A stretch of DNA of 64,000 nt, from NCBI GenBank assembly GCA_002291945.1, contig DBAZ01000026.1, forward strand, positions 31,444-95,443. Reading direction: 5' to 3'. Below the pieces are notes generated by a model. It worked only from the letters and a program-made list of their open reading frames with translations. It was not told the origin of the DNA and made no database searches. The position numbers were made by a program, and so were the translations under genes. The first letter of the stretch is position 1. The number at the start of each line of letters is the position of its first letter. Shown in pieces: positions 28,783 to 39,230 of the stretch. The DNA comes from Tepidimonas sp. UBA997. Its GTDB lineage: Bacteria; Pseudomonadota; Gammaproteobacteria; Burkholderiales; Burkholderiaceae_C.

Positions 28783-28862
28783 GGCAAACGGTGCGGGCAA
28801 ACGGTTCCCTCGAGAGTAGCCGCAAAACAGGCGATAAACCAAACGATAACGCAAACGATACC
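28783..28862. repeat. short tandem repeats upstream of puuB
   Basis: ggcaaacggt at 28783-28792 and 28796-28805 (13-bp period). caaacgata(a/c)c at 28840-28850 and 28852-28862 (12-bp period), with a degenerate third copy at 28830-28840. Confidence 0.6.
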
Positions 28863-28891
28863 GGGATCCCTTGCCTGTGTAAGGTTGCCGC

Positions 28892-30142
28892 TCAGCGCTG
28901 GCCACCTGCATCGGCCAAGGCCCGCTGGTGCCAAGCAAAAGCCGCACCCACCCAGAGCGCCAGCGCCGAAAACAGCAGCCCGCGCTGCAAGCCGCCCGGG
29001 CCGTCGGCAATCCAGCCCACCACCGTCGGCCCGACGATCTGCCCGACGGCAAACACGATGGTGAAGGCGCTGATGCCAGTGGCCCACTGGGCGGCGGGCA
29101 GGTTGTGGCGCACCCAGGCCGTGGTGGAGGCCACCACCGACAGGAACACCCCGCCAAACAGCAGCCCCGACAACAGCAGCATCGGCCAAGCGGCGGTGAG
29201 CGCGGGTATGACCGTGGCCAGGCCGAGCAGGGCATTCAGCCGTGCCAAGGGCTGACCGTCTCGGTGGCGATCCAGCAAGCCGGCCCAGATGCGGGACGAG
29301 GCCACCACCGCCAGCCCGAGCAGGCTGTAAAACAGGGTGATGGCGGCACTGCCGACCCCTTGGTCGCGCAATAGCGCAATCACGAAGGTCATGTAGCCGA
29401 TGTAGCCGACGCCAAACAGGGTGTAGCCCACCAATGCCGGGGCAAACCGCCGCCAGCGCACAGGGGGCAAGGGGCAAGTCGCCGACTCGCCCGCGCTGTG
29501 GGCGGGTTTGGCGGCACTAGCCGTCTGTGCCAAGGCCCGCTGCACCCAGGCCAGCGCCAGCGTAGCCAGCACACACAGCAGCGCCAGCCACCACCAGGCC
29601 CAGGCCCAGGCATGTGGCCGGTGCGCCATGATGTCGAGCACCCAGGGCACCGACACCGCCGACGCCACGATGCCCCAACCCGTGCCGCCGTAGTACAGAC
29701 CCAGCAACAAGCCACTGCGGGCCGGCCACAAGGCTCCCATGCGGGCCGCCAGCAAACCACCAGCCACAAACACCCAGGCACTGGCCACGCCCGCCAGCAG
29801 CCGCTGCCACAACAGGGGAATGACATCGACAAAAAACCCGCTCGCCGCCATGAACACACTGGCCAGTGCAGCACCCAGCACCAGCAAACGGCCTGGGCCG
29901 ATGCGCTGCATCAGCCACGGCGTACCCAGGGCACCCAGCAGGTAGCCCAAGGCGTTGAAGGTGTTCATGGCCCCGGCCAGGGTGTAGCTCCAACCCAAGT
30001 CGTCGCGCATCGGCGGCAGCAACAAACCATAGGCAAAGCGCGTGATGCCCAATGAAACCGCCGCCCCCAGCGACAGCGCCAACGCCAGCCACAAGACCGA
30101 CGCTGGCCGAACCGGCATAGGGGGGCAACTTGCTGGCGTCAT
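28892..30142 (-). CDS. MFS transporter, YbfB/YjiJ family
   Basis: ATG at 30142 in an ATGA overlap with the copA stop. [40 protein letters not shown] is typical of the family. About 12 TM helices. Confidence 0.8.
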   Translation of the reverse strand: MTPASCPPMPVRPASVLWLALALSLGAAVSLGITRFAYGLLLPPMRDDLGWSYTLAGAMNTFNALGYLLGALGTPWLMQRIGPGRLLVLGAALASVFMAASGFFVDVIPLLWQRLLAGVASAWVFVAGGLLAARMGALWPARSGLLLGLYYGGTGWGIVASAVSVPWVLDIMAHRPHAWAWAWWWLALLCVLATLALAWVQRALAQTASAAKPAHSAGESATCPLPPVRWRRFAPALVGYTLFGVGYIGYMTFVIALLRDQGVGSAAITLFYSLLGLAVVASSRIWAGLLDRHRDGQPLARLNALLGLATVIPALTAAWPMLLLSGLLFGGVFLSVVASTTAWVRHNLPAAQWATGISAFTIVFAVGQIVGPTVVGWIADGPGGLQRGLLFSALALWVGAAFAWHQRALADAGGQR

Positions 30143-32406
30143 GACTGCGCAGCGGGTTTCCAGCGCTTGAGCCACAGGGCATTGGCGACCACGCTGACCG
30201 AACTCAGCGCCATGGCGGCACCGGCCACCATCGGACTCAGATAGCCCAGCGCTGCCAGCGGTATCCCGGCGGTGTTATAGACAAAGGCCCAAAACAGGTT
30301 CTGGCGTATCTTGTTGAGGGTGCGTCGCGCAATGCTCAACGCCCCACTCACCAGCAGCGGGTCGCCGCGCATCAGCGTGATGCCCGCCGCGTGCATGGCC
30401 ACGTCCGAGCCGCCCTGGGCATGGCTCATGGCGATGCTCACATCCGCTGCGGCCAAGGCCGGCGCATCGTTGATGCCATCGCCCACCATCAGCACCCGTT
30501 GCCCGGCGGCTCTCAGCGCGGCCACCCGGGCGGCTTTGTCAGCCGGCAGCACCTCGGCCAGCACCTCGCCCGCTTCGGGTCGCAGGCCCAATCGTCGAGC
30601 CATGGCTTCTGCCGCGCCCCGGTTGTCGCCCGAGATCATGCAGACCCGATAACCCTGTGTACGCAGATCGGCAATCGCCTGTTGCGCATGTGCTTTGGGC
30701 TGGTCGGCAAACCCCATCAAGGCCAGCGCACGGATGCGGCCCGTGCCGGTGGCCAGCCCGGATACGGTCTGACCCTGGGCCTGCATGGCCTGCGCCGATG
30801 CGGACAAGTCGCCCCACTCCACCCCGAGTTGCTCCAGCCAGCGCAAACTGCCCACCCACATCGGGCTGCCCTGCACCAAGCCGTGGCTGCCGTGGCCCGG
30901 CACGGTCTGAACCGACTCGGCCATCCATCCAGCGTCGGGGTATGAAGCCAGCGCATCCAGCACCGCACGGGCCAGCGGGTGTTCGCTTTGCCGCTGCAAA
31001 GCGGCAGCCGTCTGCAGCACCTGTTGCTGGTCCACGCCGGGGGCCAGCAGCAAGTTCACCAGGCGCGGACGACCTTCGGTCAGGGTGCCGGTTTTGTCAA
31101 AGGCCACCACATCCACCCGCTGAGCCTGTTCCAGCACCGCCGCGTCCTTGATCAAAATGCCATGCCGCGCTGCCACACCGGTGCCCGCCATGATGGCGGT
31201 CGGGGTGGCCAGCCCCAACGCACAGGGGCAGGCAATCACCAGCACCGCCACCGCGTGCAACACCGCGACTTCCAGCGCCACCCCCTGCCAAGCCCACCAA
31301 GCGAAGAAGGTGATGATGGCAATCAACAAAACCACCGGCACAAAGACGGTAGCAACCCGATCCACCAGACGCTGCACCGGTGGCTTGGCAACTTGCGCGT
31401 CCTGCACCAGCGCAATGATGCGCGACAGCACACTCTGGGTACCCACCGCCAGCACCTGAATCTGCAGCACCCCATCGCCGTTCAGACTGCCCCCGGTGAC
31501 GCTGTCACCCACGCGCTTGGCCACCGGCATCGGTTCGCCCGTGAGCATCGATTCATCGACAGCCGATTGGCCTTGCAGCACCCGTCCATCGGCGGGAAAA
31601 CGCTCACCGGCTTTCACCAGCAGCACGTCGTCTGGCAGCAATTCAGCCACTGGCACATCCTGCATCGACTCGCGACGCTGCCCGTCGGGCAGCAGATGCG
31701 CCACCTCGGGCCGCAAAGCCTGCAAGGCACGGATGGCCTCGGTCGTCTGGCGTTTGGCCCGCGCTTCCAGCCATTTACCCAGCAAGACCAGGGTGATGAT
31801 CATGGCCGAGGCTTCGTAGTACAGATGCACCACGGCGCCTGGCTCGGCACGCCACCACAGCCAAGTGCTCAAACCCCAGGCCGCGCTGGTGCCCAAGGCC
31901 ACCAGCAATTCCATGTTGCCGCTGCCGACCTTGATGGCATGCCAGCCAGCGCGATAGAAACGGGCACCGAGTATGAATTGCACCGGCGTCGCCAACACAA
32001 ACTGCCACAAAGCGGGCAACATCCAGTGTTCGCCCAACAACTCGCCCACCATCGGTCCGGCCAAGGGTAGCGTCAGCAAGATTCCCAGCAACACCGGCCA
32101 GAAGTCGCGCGGCAGCCCTAGCAAGGAACTTGCCTGAGCTTGCTGGGCCGCCTCTAGGGTGCGCGGTTCATAGCCCGCGTCACGCACGGCGCGTTGCAGG
32201 CGGGCCTGCCAGGCGCTCGGGGGCTCATCCGTGGCGGGCTGACCCAGCACACGGGCCGACTCAGTGGCCAGATTGACCGACACCGACTGCACCCCAGGCA
32301 CACGCTGCAAAGCCCGTTCGACCCGCCCGACACAACTGGCACAGGTCATGCCACCCACCCCGAGGTCAACTGGCCGCAGCGACGGTGTATCAACGATCGT
32401 TTGCAT
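30139..32406 (-). CDS. copA: copper-translocating P1B-type ATPase
   Basis: 755 aa. N-terminal [12 protein letters not shown] metal-binding domain, CPC in TM6, DKTGTLT phosphorylation site, [10 protein letters not shown]. Confidence 0.95.
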   Translation of the reverse strand: MQTIVDTPSLRPVDLGVGGMTCASCVGRVERALQRVPGVQSVSVNLATESARVLGQPATDEPPSAWQARLQRAVRDAGYEPRTLEAAQQAQASSLLGLPRDFWPVLLGILLTLPLAGPMVGELLGEHWMLPALWQFVLATPVQFILGARFYRAGWHAIKVGSGNMELLVALGTSAAWGLSTWLWWRAEPGAVVHLYYEASAMIITLVLLGKWLEARAKRQTTEAIRALQALRPEVAHLLPDGQRRESMQDVPVAELLPDDVLLVKAGERFPADGRVLQGQSAVDESMLTGEPMPVAKRVGDSVTGGSLNGDGVLQIQVLAVGTQSVLSRIIALVQDAQVAKPPVQRLVDRVATVFVPVVLLIAIITFFAWWAWQGVALEVAVLHAVAVLVIACPCALGLATPTAIMAGTGVAARHGILIKDAAVLEQAQRVDVVAFDKTGTLTEGRPRLVNLLLAPGVDQQQVLQTAAALQRQSEHPLARAVLDALASYPDAGWMAESVQTVPGHGSHGLVQGSPMWVGSLRWLEQLGVEWGDLSASAQAMQAQGQTVSGLATGTGRIRALALMGFADQPKAHAQQAIADLRTQGYRVCMISGDNRGAAEAMARRLGLRPEAGEVLAEVLPADKAARVAALRAAGQRVLMVGDGINDAPALAAADVSIAMSHAQGGSDVAMHAAGITLMRGDPLLVSGALSIARRTLNKIRQNLFWAFVYNTAGIPLAALGYLSPMVAGAAMALSSVSVVANALWLKRWKPAAQS

Positions 32407-32434
32407 GGCCGAAGTATGAACCCAGACGCCGTGG

Positions 32435-32457
32435 CCAAGTCAAGGGACACGACTTGG
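32435..32457. promoter_or_regulatory. 7-9-7 inverted repeat CCAAGTC-N9-GACTTGG in the copA/copZ divergent region
   Basis: Perfect arms read from the sequence. On the minus strand TTGACT (32443..32438)-N19-CATACT (32418..32413) lies 6 nt before the copA ATG. Confidence 0.4.
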
Positions 32458-32504
32458 ACGCGTTGGAAAGATGGATACTGACGCTTTCAATGCAAGGAAA
32501 CCCC

Positions 32505-32699
32505 ATGGAACACCAGTTTAACGTGCAGGGCATGACCTGCGGCCATTGTGAAAAAGCCGTCCGGCAAGCGCTGCTGGCCACCGACCCCGACGCCCACGTA
32601 CAGATCGACCGCAGCACTGGCGATGTCCGGGTGCAGAGCACAGCCACTCGCGACGCCTTGGCCGGTGCGATACGGGCAGAAGGCTACACCGTGGCCTAA
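32505..32699 (+). CDS. copZ: heavy-metal-associated (CopZ-like) copper chaperone
   Basis: 64 aa from MEHQFNVQGMTCGHCEKAV (AAGGA SD about 7 nt upstream). MxCxxC motif. Confidence 0.85.
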   Translation: MEHQFNVQGMTCGHCEKAVRQALLATDPDAHVQIDRSTGDVRVQSTATRDALAGAIRAEGYTVA

Positions 32700-32736
32700 A
32701 AACCGATACGACCAAGAAAAAATGCAGGCACAAACT

Positions 32737-32836
32737 TGTGAATAAAAAATGAACAACCATAGACTTATCCACAGCATGGTGTAAAAAATCCGACTTGTTC
32801 ATCTTGGGCGTGTCCATCCAAGGGCGCTCATCCACA
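32737..32836. promoter_or_regulatory. DnaA-box cluster in AT-rich intergenic region
   Basis: TGTGAATAA 32737-32745 (8/9, reverse orientation). TTATCCACA 32765-32773 (9/9). TCATCCACA 32828-32836 (8/9). Confidence 0.55.
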
Positions 32837-33039
32837 GCCATGTGCTTGAGGCAAGTCATTGCATCAAAAAGATTTTTTGCCTTTTCAACAGATCGGTGCC
32901 GGGTTCTACTACCACGACTATGTTGAAACAATGAAATAGCCAAGAAAACAGAAAACCCCGGTGCGCCAGCATGGCAGCGACTTGCCCCAGGCGACTGTCG
33001 AGGCTGGTAAGATTTGCTTTTCCTTGCTCAACCCCGTTC

Positions 33040-33789
33040 ATGTCGTCTGCGCCTGCAGCCCCTACCCTCTGTTTCGACCTCAAAAGCACCCAGTGGCCGC
33101 TGGTGGCCCTGCACCTGCGCAGCACCGATCTGGCCCAACTGCAGCAGGACTGGCAGACACGTTTTGGCGAGCAAGACGATTTTTTTGATCAGGATCCCGT
33201 TCTGCTCGATCTGACGGCGCTGGCCGCAGACGAAAGCACAGACTTTCCGGCCTTGCTGGACTGGTTGCAAAAGCAGCGCCTGCGTCCTCTGGCCTACAAG
33301 GGAGGCACACAGGCGCAGCGTCTGGCCGCCGAGGCGATGGGTCTGGTGTGGGCCGATGATGCGCGGCCAGTGCTGGCCCCGCCTGCTGCCGTAACCTCTG
33401 CCCCTGCGCCCGCCGTTGCGCCGTCGGCGCTTGCCCCACCCCCGTGCAGCGCCTTGGTGATCGACAAACCCCTGCGTTCCGGCCAGCAGGTCTATGCCCG
33501 TGGCCGCGACCTCATCCTCACCGCGATGGTCAATCCGGGTGCCGAGGTGGTGGCCGATGGGCACATCCACATCTATGCGCCCTTGCGCGGCAAAGCCATT
33601 GCAGGGGCGCGGGGCGATACCAGCGCACGCATTTTTGCCCGCGTGCTGCAAGCCGAACTGGTCTCGATTGCAGGCGTCTATCGCACCAGCGACGTGCCCT
33701 TGCCCGACCACGTAAGAGGCAAGGCAGCGCAAATTCGTCTGGACAGCGGCGAGCTAGGCGAACGTTTGCTGATCGAGCCGCTAAACTGA
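33040..33789 (+). CDS. minC: septum site-determining protein MinC
   Basis: Start at MSSAPAAPTLCFDLKSTQWPLVALHL. C-terminal beta-helix RSGQQVYARGRDLILTAMVNPGAEVVADGHIHIY. minCDE order. Confidence 0.9.
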   Translation: MSSAPAAPTLCFDLKSTQWPLVALHLRSTDLAQLQQDWQTRFGEQDDFFDQDPVLLDLTALAADESTDFPALLDWLQKQRLRPLAYKGGTQAQRLAAEAMGLVWADDARPVLAPPAAVTSAPAPAVAPSALAPPPCSALVIDKPLRSGQQVYARGRDLILTAMVNPGAEVVADGHIHIYAPLRGKAIAGARGDTSARIFARVLQAELVSIAGVYRTSDVPLPDHVRGKAAQIRLDSGELGERLLIEPLN

Positions 33790-33816
33790 TTTTCATTGCA
33801 CATCCGAAAGCCATCC

Positions 33817-34629
33817 ATGACCAAAATCGTTGTTGTCACCTCCGGCAAAGGTGGCGTGGGCAAGACCACCACCAGCGCCAGCTTTGCTGCGGGTCTGGCT
33901 CTCAAAGGGTTCAAGACCGTCGTCATCGACTTCGATGTCGGCCTGCGTAACCTCGACCTCATCATGGGCTGCGAGCGACGCGTGGTGTATGACTTCATCA
34001 ACGTCATCCACAACGAAGCCAATCTGAATCAGGCGCTGATCAAGGACAAGCAGTGCGACAAGCTGTTCGTTCTGGCCGCCAGCCAGACGCGCGACAAAGA
34101 TGCCCTGACCCAGGACGGCGTCGAGCGCGTGCTCATGGACCTGGCGGGCATGGGCTTTGACTACATCGTTTGTGATTCACCGGCGGGCATCGAGACCGGT
34201 GCCCTCATGGCGATGCATTTTGCCGATGAGGCGCTGGTGGTCACCAACCCCGAAGTCTCCAGCGTGCGCGACAGCGACCGCATTCTGGGCATGCTGGGCA
34301 GCAAGACCAGGCGAGCCATCGAAGGCAAGGATCCCATCAAAGAGCACCTGCTGATCACCCGTTACAACCCCAACCGGGTGCAGGACGGGCAGATGCTGTC
34401 GCTGGACGACATTCAGGACATTTTGCGCATCCGGCTCATCGGTGTGATTCCAGAAAGTGAAAACGTCTTGCAAGCCTCCAACCAGGGTTTGCCAGCGGTG
34501 CATTTGCAAGGCACCGAGGTGTCGGAAGCCTACAAGGACGTCGTTGAACGCTTTCTGGGCCATGAAAAGCCCTTGCGCTTTACCGAGGCACAGAAACCCA
34601 GCCTGCTCCAACGGCTGTTCGGGAGGTAA
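33817..34629 (+). CDS. minD: septum site-determining ATPase MinD
   Basis: [18 protein letters not shown] deviant Walker A. 270 aa. C-terminal amphipathic helix. Confidence 0.97.
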   Translation: MTKIVVVTSGKGGVGKTTTSASFAAGLALKGFKTVVIDFDVGLRNLDLIMGCERRVVYDFINVIHNEANLNQALIKDKQCDKLFVLAASQTRDKDALTQDGVERVLMDLAGMGFDYIVCDSPAGIETGALMAMHFADEALVVTNPEVSSVRDSDRILGMLGSKTRRAIEGKDPIKEHLLITRYNPNRVQDGQMLSLDDIQDILRIRLIGVIPESENVLQASNQGLPAVHLQGTEVSEAYKDVVERFLGHEKPLRFTEAQKPSLLQRLFGR

Positions 34630-34634
34630 GCGGC

Positions 34635-34895
34635 ATGTCCTTTCTTTCCTTTCTGCTGGGTGAAAAAAAGAAAACCGCCAGCGTCGCCAAGGAACGCTTG
34701 CAAATCATTCTGGCGCACGAGCGCAGTGGTCGCAACGCAGCCGAGCCGGACTACCTGCCCGAGCTGCAGCGCGAACTCGTGGCCGTGATCAGCAAATACG
34801 TGCGCATCAACCCCGCAGACATCAAGGTGCAACTGGAGCGCCAGGACAATCTGGAAGTGCTCGAAGTCAAGATCGAGTTGCCCGATACGCGCTGA
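34635..34895 (+). CDS. minE: cell division topological specificity factor MinE
   Basis: 86 aa. [30 protein letters not shown], canonical MinE N-terminus. Confidence 0.93.
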   Translation: MSFLSFLLGEKKKTASVAKERLQIILAHERSGRNAAEPDYLPELQRELVAVISKYVRINPADIKVQLERQDNLEVLEVKIELPDTR

Positions 34896-34999
34896 TGGGT
34901 CTGCGGCTACGGCCCCGCGCCCTACGTGGCCACCATCGATTCCTTGGTTCGAGTTGGAAATGGGCGCGTAGTCTGGCTTGGGCTTACCTGCACACACGC

Positions 35000-35839
35000 T
35001 CAGGTGGCGGCAGGGGGTTTGATACCTTCGGCATCAAAGGCCTGCATCAACCGTTTCAAATACTCGCGCCGGATGACGAAGTTTTCCTGTGACTGACAGC
35101 GCAGTCTGGCACGGATGACCACCGCCGAGTTGGCCCATTCGTTGACGCCAGCCATTTCCAGGTCCTGCAGGATGCGAGGCCCGAATTCGGGGTCTTGCCG
35201 CAATTCGACAGCCACGCGCCGCATGATGGCCATGACCTGATCCATGTCTTCGCGGTAGGAGACGCCCGCGTCGATCACGGCGTAAGCAAACCCCCGCGTC
35301 ATGTTGATCACCATCGTGATTTGCCCATTCGGGATGAAATACACATGGCCCGCGTAATCGCGCAACTGGACGTAGCGCAAGGTGACTTCTTCCACACTGC
35401 CGGTCTGGCCAGCCAAGGTGACGATGTCGCCCTGGCGGATCTGGTTTTCCAGCAACATGAAAAAGCCCGAGAAGTAGTCGCGCACCAGGCTTTGGGCACC
35501 AAAACCCACCGCCAAGCCGACCACCCCGGCTGCCCCGAGGATGGGTGCCAGCGATATGCCGATTTCAGACAGCACCAGCATCGTGGCCACCACCACCACC
35601 ACCACGCTGACCAAGTAGCGTATCACGCGCCCCAAGGTTTCCGCGCGTTTGCGGCCTTCGACATCGTCCAGCCCTTTGGTGAGGTGATGGCGCAAACCCC
35701 CCACCGCCTTGTGCAGAGCCCTTCTGATTAACCAGGCAATGACGATGATGACGGTGATTCGAAACAGGATCACGGTCCATTGACCCATTTCACTGCCCCA
35801 GTGGCCCAGGAATTCGCGAGTCTGGTGGATCCAATCCAT
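35000..35839 (-). CDS. mechanosensitive ion channel family protein (MscS-like)
   Basis: 279 aa. Three TM helices, then the conserved pore/beta-domain motif FGAQSLVRDYFSGFFMLLENQIRQGD. Confidence 0.88.
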   Translation of the reverse strand: MDWIHQTREFLGHWGSEMGQWTVILFRITVIIVIAWLIRRALHKAVGGLRHHLTKGLDDVEGRKRAETLGRVIRYLVSVVVVVVATMLVLSEIGISLAPILGAAGVVGLAVGFGAQSLVRDYFSGFFMLLENQIRQGDIVTLAGQTGSVEEVTLRYVQLRDYAGHVYFIPNGQITMVINMTRGFAYAVIDAGVSYREDMDQVMAIMRRVAVELRQDPEFGPRILQDLEMAGVNEWANSAVVIRARLRCQSQENFVIRREYLKRLMQAFDAEGIKPPAAT

Positions 35840-35902
35840 GCGGTAAGCTCCTTGTTTGAATGAGGGGTTTGTTAAAACCGGGCCGGCGAGACTAAGGCCG
35901 GT

Positions 35903-36913
35903 TCAGGCGGAGGCACGCTGCAGCCGGTCGCGTACACCGTCCCAGGCGGGGTCATCGGGCGGGGTTTCGACCCAGATCAGCCGGGTATCTGCTTGGTCCA
36001 GGGTGCGTAACACCGCAAACAGCTCTTGCGCACAGGCGCTGGGGCTGGCGGGCATGCGCTCCAGGCGTACGTGGGCGCTCGGGCTGCCGACGGGTGAGCG
36101 GGCATAGACCGCGATATGACGGGCATCCGGCCCCAGAAGGTCGAGCGCCTGCTGGATAGCGCGTGCATTCATGAGCCGGACGCGGGCCCGCGGGGCGTAG
36201 TGTGCCGCAAGCGTGCCGGAGGCCCGGGGCGACGATTGGTCGCGTTCGCTCAAGCGCATGCCAGCGGCGGACTCCAGGGCGTCCATGCCCAGCATGCCGG
36301 GGCGCAACAGCACAGGGTGGCCGCGTGAGCAGTCGATGATGGTGGACTCGATACCAATCTGGCAGGGGCCGCCGTCGAGGACGATGAGGTCTGCATCCTG
36401 GAGCAGGCCCTGAAATTCATCCCGCACATGCGCCGCCGTGGTCGGGCTGACGCGGCCAAACCGGTTGGCACTGGGGGCGGCCAACCCGTGGATGTTGACC
36501 TGCTGACAGCCGCGCAACAGGGCTTGCGCCACCGGATGGGCCGGGCAGCGCAAGCCGATCGAGGCCTGACCCCCCGCCACATCGGCGGCCACACCCGGGC
36601 GGCGCGGCAGGATCAGCGTCAATGGGCCAGGCCAGAAGGCGAGCATCAGGGAGCGAGCGAAACCGGGCACCTGAGCCGCGTAATGCTCGACGCCGGTCTG
36701 GTCGGCCACATGCACGATCAGCGGGTGGTTGCGGGGCCGCCCCTTGGCGGCGAAGATGCGAGCCACCGCCTCGGGTTGGTCGGCATCGGCTGCCAGGCCG
36801 TAAACGGTTTCGGTGGGCATGGCCACCAGCCCACCCTGCCGCAGCAGGGCCAGCGCCTCGGCCAGCACGTCGGTCATGGCCGAGCCATCGGTCGCACGCG
36901 CCGTCAGCATCAT
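35903..36913 (-). CDS. tsaC: L-threonylcarbamoyladenylate synthase (Sua5/TsaC, long form)
   Basis: ATG at 36913 in an ATGA overlap with the purK stop (alternative ATG at 36877). MPTETVYGLAADA, KGRPRNHPLIVH, and a C-terminal Sua5 domain. Confidence 0.86.
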   Translation of the reverse strand: MMLTARATDGSAMTDVLAEALALLRQGGLVAMPTETVYGLAADADQPEAVARIFAAKGRPRNHPLIVHVADQTGVEHYAAQVPGFARSLMLAFWPGPLTLILPRRPGVAADVAGGQASIGLRCPAHPVAQALLRGCQQVNIHGLAAPSANRFGRVSPTTAAHVRDEFQGLLQDADLIVLDGGPCQIGIESTIIDCSRGHPVLLRPGMLGMDALESAAGMRLSERDQSSPRASGTLAAHYAPRARVRLMNARAIQQALDLLGPDARHIAVYARSPVGSPSAHVRLERMPASPSACAQELFAVLRTLDQADTRLIWVETPPDDPAWDGVRDRLQRASA

Positions 36914-38151
36914 GCCCAAGGCTCGATGCCGAGCAGGGTGGCGGCCCGCAGGGCCGTGCTGCGCACCTGCTCGACGCTGGAACCAGTCACGTTCAGATGC
37001 CCCATCTTGCGCCCGGCATGGGCGCTCAGCTTGCCGTACAGGTGCAGATGGGTGCCGGGCAAAGCCAGCACCCCGGCCCAGTCCGGGGTTCGGGTTTGAC
37101 CATCGGCATCCAGCCACAAGTCACCCAGCAGATTGAGCATGATGGCCGGGCTGTGCTGTCGGGGCTGGACCAGCGGCAGGCCGGCCAGGGTGCGCACCTG
37201 CAGCTCGAACTGCGACACATCGCAGGCATTCAAGGTGTAGTGGCCGCTGTTGTGGGGGCGGGGTGCCATTTCGTTGACCACCAGAGACCCTTCTGCGCTG
37301 CCATCATCGACCACGAAGTATTCGACGCACAGCACGCCGACATAGCGGAGCTGGTGCGCTATCGCCTCGGTGGCGGCAACGGCCTGCTGTGCCAGCGCCT
37401 GCGGCAGATTGCCTGCAAACACCTCGGTCAGCGCGAGGATGCCCGCACGGTGCAGATTGCGTTGCGGCGGGAAATGCACCACCTGCCCATCGGCCCCACG
37501 CGCCACGATGACCGACAGCTCGGTTTTGAGCGCCAGACGCTTTTCCAGCACGCAGGGTACACGGCCCATCTGTTGCCAGGCGGCGGCCAGTTCGGCCCGG
37601 TCGTTGACCGGGATTTGCCCTTTGCCATCGTAGCCCAGCCGGGCGGTTTTCAGGATGCCGGGCAGCAAATCGGCGGGTAGCGCGTGCAGCAAGGCCTCGG
37701 AATCGATGGCGGCGTAAGGGGCCGGGCCGACCCCGCCGGCCTTGGCACAGGCCACGAAATGGGCCTTTTCGGCGATCCGGTCCTGGGCCACAGCCACCGC
37801 TTGCGCACTGGGCGCAACCGGGCGCTGCGCCCCCAGCGTGACGAGCGCCGGGGAAGGTACGTTTTCGAATTCGGTCGTGATGGCCTCGGCGCGCTGCATC
37901 AACTGGGCCAAGCCCTGTTCATCCTCGTAAGGCGTCGGGATGTGGTGGTGACTCACCAGCCCAGCCGGGCTGGCCGGGTCGGCATCGAGCACGGCCGTGA
38001 AATAGCCCATGGTCTGCGCTGCATGGACGAACATGCGACCGAGTTGGCCACCACCCATCACCCCCAAGGTGGCCAGGTGTCCGCTGGCGCTCAGTTGGCC
38101 CGGCAGGATGGGGGGGCGTGCCATGCGGCCACTGGTGCTGGCCCGTGTCAT
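36910..38151 (-). CDS. purK: 5-(carboxyamino)imidazole ribonucleotide synthase
   Basis: 413 aa. ATP-grasp fold ([19 protein letters not shown]). Overlaps the purE stop by 4 nt. Confidence 0.93.
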   Translation of the reverse strand: MTRASTSGRMARPPILPGQLSASGHLATLGVMGGGQLGRMFVHAAQTMGYFTAVLDADPASPAGLVSHHHIPTPYEDEQGLAQLMQRAEAITTEFENVPSPALVTLGAQRPVAPSAQAVAVAQDRIAEKAHFVACAKAGGVGPAPYAAIDSEALLHALPADLLPGILKTARLGYDGKGQIPVNDRAELAAAWQQMGRVPCVLEKRLALKTELSVIVARGADGQVVHFPPQRNLHRAGILALTEVFAGNLPQALAQQAVAATEAIAHQLRYVGVLCVEYFVVDDGSAEGSLVVNEMAPRPHNSGHYTLNACDVSQFELQVRTLAGLPLVQPRQHSPAIMLNLLGDLWLDADGQTRTPDWAGVLALPGTHLHLYGKLSAHAGRKMGHLNVTGSSVEQVRSTALRAATLLGIEPWA

Positions 38152-38651
38152 GCCGCCTCCGGCGGTGGCACCAGCATGGCACGGGCGGCGGCGGTCTGTT
38201 CGGCACGGAAAGCCTGCAAGCGGTGGTGCAATGCCGGGTTGTCGTGGGCCAGCATGGCCACGGCAAACAAGGCCGCGTTGGCCGCCCCTGCTGGCCCGAT
38301 GGCAAAGGTGGCGACCGGAATGCCCTTGGGCATCTGCACGATGCTGTGCAGCGAATCGACGCCCGACAGCGCTTTGGTCATGACGGGCACGCCCAGCACC
38401 GGAACCGTGGTTTTGCTGGCCAACATGCCCGGCAGGTGTGCCGCCCCACCGGCCCCAGCCACGATGGCCCTGAGCCCGCGCGGGCCGGCCGACTCGGCGT
38501 AGGCAAACAAGTCATCCGGCATGCGGTGGGCCGACACCACCCGGGCCTCGTGTTCGACACCGAATTGTTTGAGAATTTCCACCGCATGCTGCATGGTGTC
38601 CCAGTCGCTGCTGGACCCCATCACCACACCCACCTGCACCGTTGCGCTCAT
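38148..38651 (-). CDS. purE: 5-(carboxyamino)imidazole ribonucleotide mutase
   Basis: Start at [20 protein letters not shown] (167 aa). SAHRMPD and AGGAAHLPG motifs. Confidence 0.93.
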   Translation of the reverse strand: MSATVQVGVVMGSSSDWDTMQHAVEILKQFGVEHEARVVSAHRMPDDLFAYAESAGPRGLRAIVAGAGGAAHLPGMLASKTTVPVLGVPVMTKALSGVDSLHSIVQMPKGIPVATFAIGPAGAANAALFAVAMLAHDNPALHHRLQAFRAEQTAAARAMLVPPPEAA

Positions 38652-38834
38652 GGCCGCTCCAAAAGCCGCCATTTTAGAGCGCCGTTGGTCGCAGCGATCA
38701 AATCCTGAGCGCAGCACCGGGCTGGACTTTTCCTCCGCTTGGCTGTCCTGGTGTTCACCGCCAGCCCGAAGCAAACGGCAGGCGAGTGTAAAAAGGGAAC
38801 CGCACGGGTGGCAGACAGGTTGAAAGTTGGTGGG

Positions 38835-39182
38835 TCAATAACGGCGATCTAGGCGGCTGATGCGGCCGTCGGCGTGAATGATTTCGCGGGCATATATTTC
38901 CTTGATGGGATCGTGGTCAACAAAACCGACCACGCGTACCACCTCACCCACGGTGACGGGGACAAAATTGGGGTAGCCGACATCCACCCGTATGCTGCCG
39001 GTCGAGTCTCGCAGGCGAAATTCGTCCGTGTCCAGAATACGATCCACCCTTCCTTCGACGGTGACCATGGAGCCGCGCACCACCTCACCGATGGGGACGA
39101 GGGGTGGGATCGAAGGCTGGGCCCAGGCAGCGGACAAAGCGAACATGATCGCACCCGCGAGCACGGCAATGGATTGAGTCAT
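38835..39182 (-). CDS. secreted bacterial OB-fold (BOF/YgiW-like) protein
   Basis: 115 aa. Signal peptide ending AWAQP. The pattern VTVEGRVDRILDTDEFRLRDSTGSIRVDVG...VVGFVD parallels YgiW-family OB folds. Confidence 0.6.
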   Translation of the reverse strand: MTQSIAVLAGAIMFALSAAWAQPSIPPLVPIGEVVRGSMVTVEGRVDRILDTDEFRLRDSTGSIRVDVGYPNFVPVTVGEVVRVVGFVDHDPIKEIYAREIIHADGRISRLDRRY

Positions 39183-39230
39183 GAAGCATCTTCAGGATAC
39201 AAACGACCTCGTCATTATCCCCTGAAGCCG

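Noticed and set aside
32971-33039. The longer minC start at 32971 (MAATCPRRLSRLV...).
   Set aside because: The extension is Arg/Cys-rich and not MinC-like. The ATG at 33040 gives the expected ~250-aa protein beginning just before the conserved FDLKSTQWPLVALHL segment.
32518-33125. Minus-strand ORFs 32518..32943 (141 aa) and 32856..33125 (89 aa) in the copZ-minC region.
   Set aside because: They overlap copZ or minC antisense and run through the AT-rich DnaA-box region. They have no SD or motifs, and odd composition (Phe/Leu/His-rich from AT-rich DNA).
38652-38774. The longer purE start (ORF 38148..38774). Similar long N-terminal extensions occur in other track ORFs (puuD, puuB, fba, pyk, hoxF, cobO, tsaC).
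   Set aside because: The extensions are low-complexity and overlap upstream genes or gaps. Internal ATGs give canonical lengths and N-termini, often with SD sequences or ATGA/TGATG coupling.
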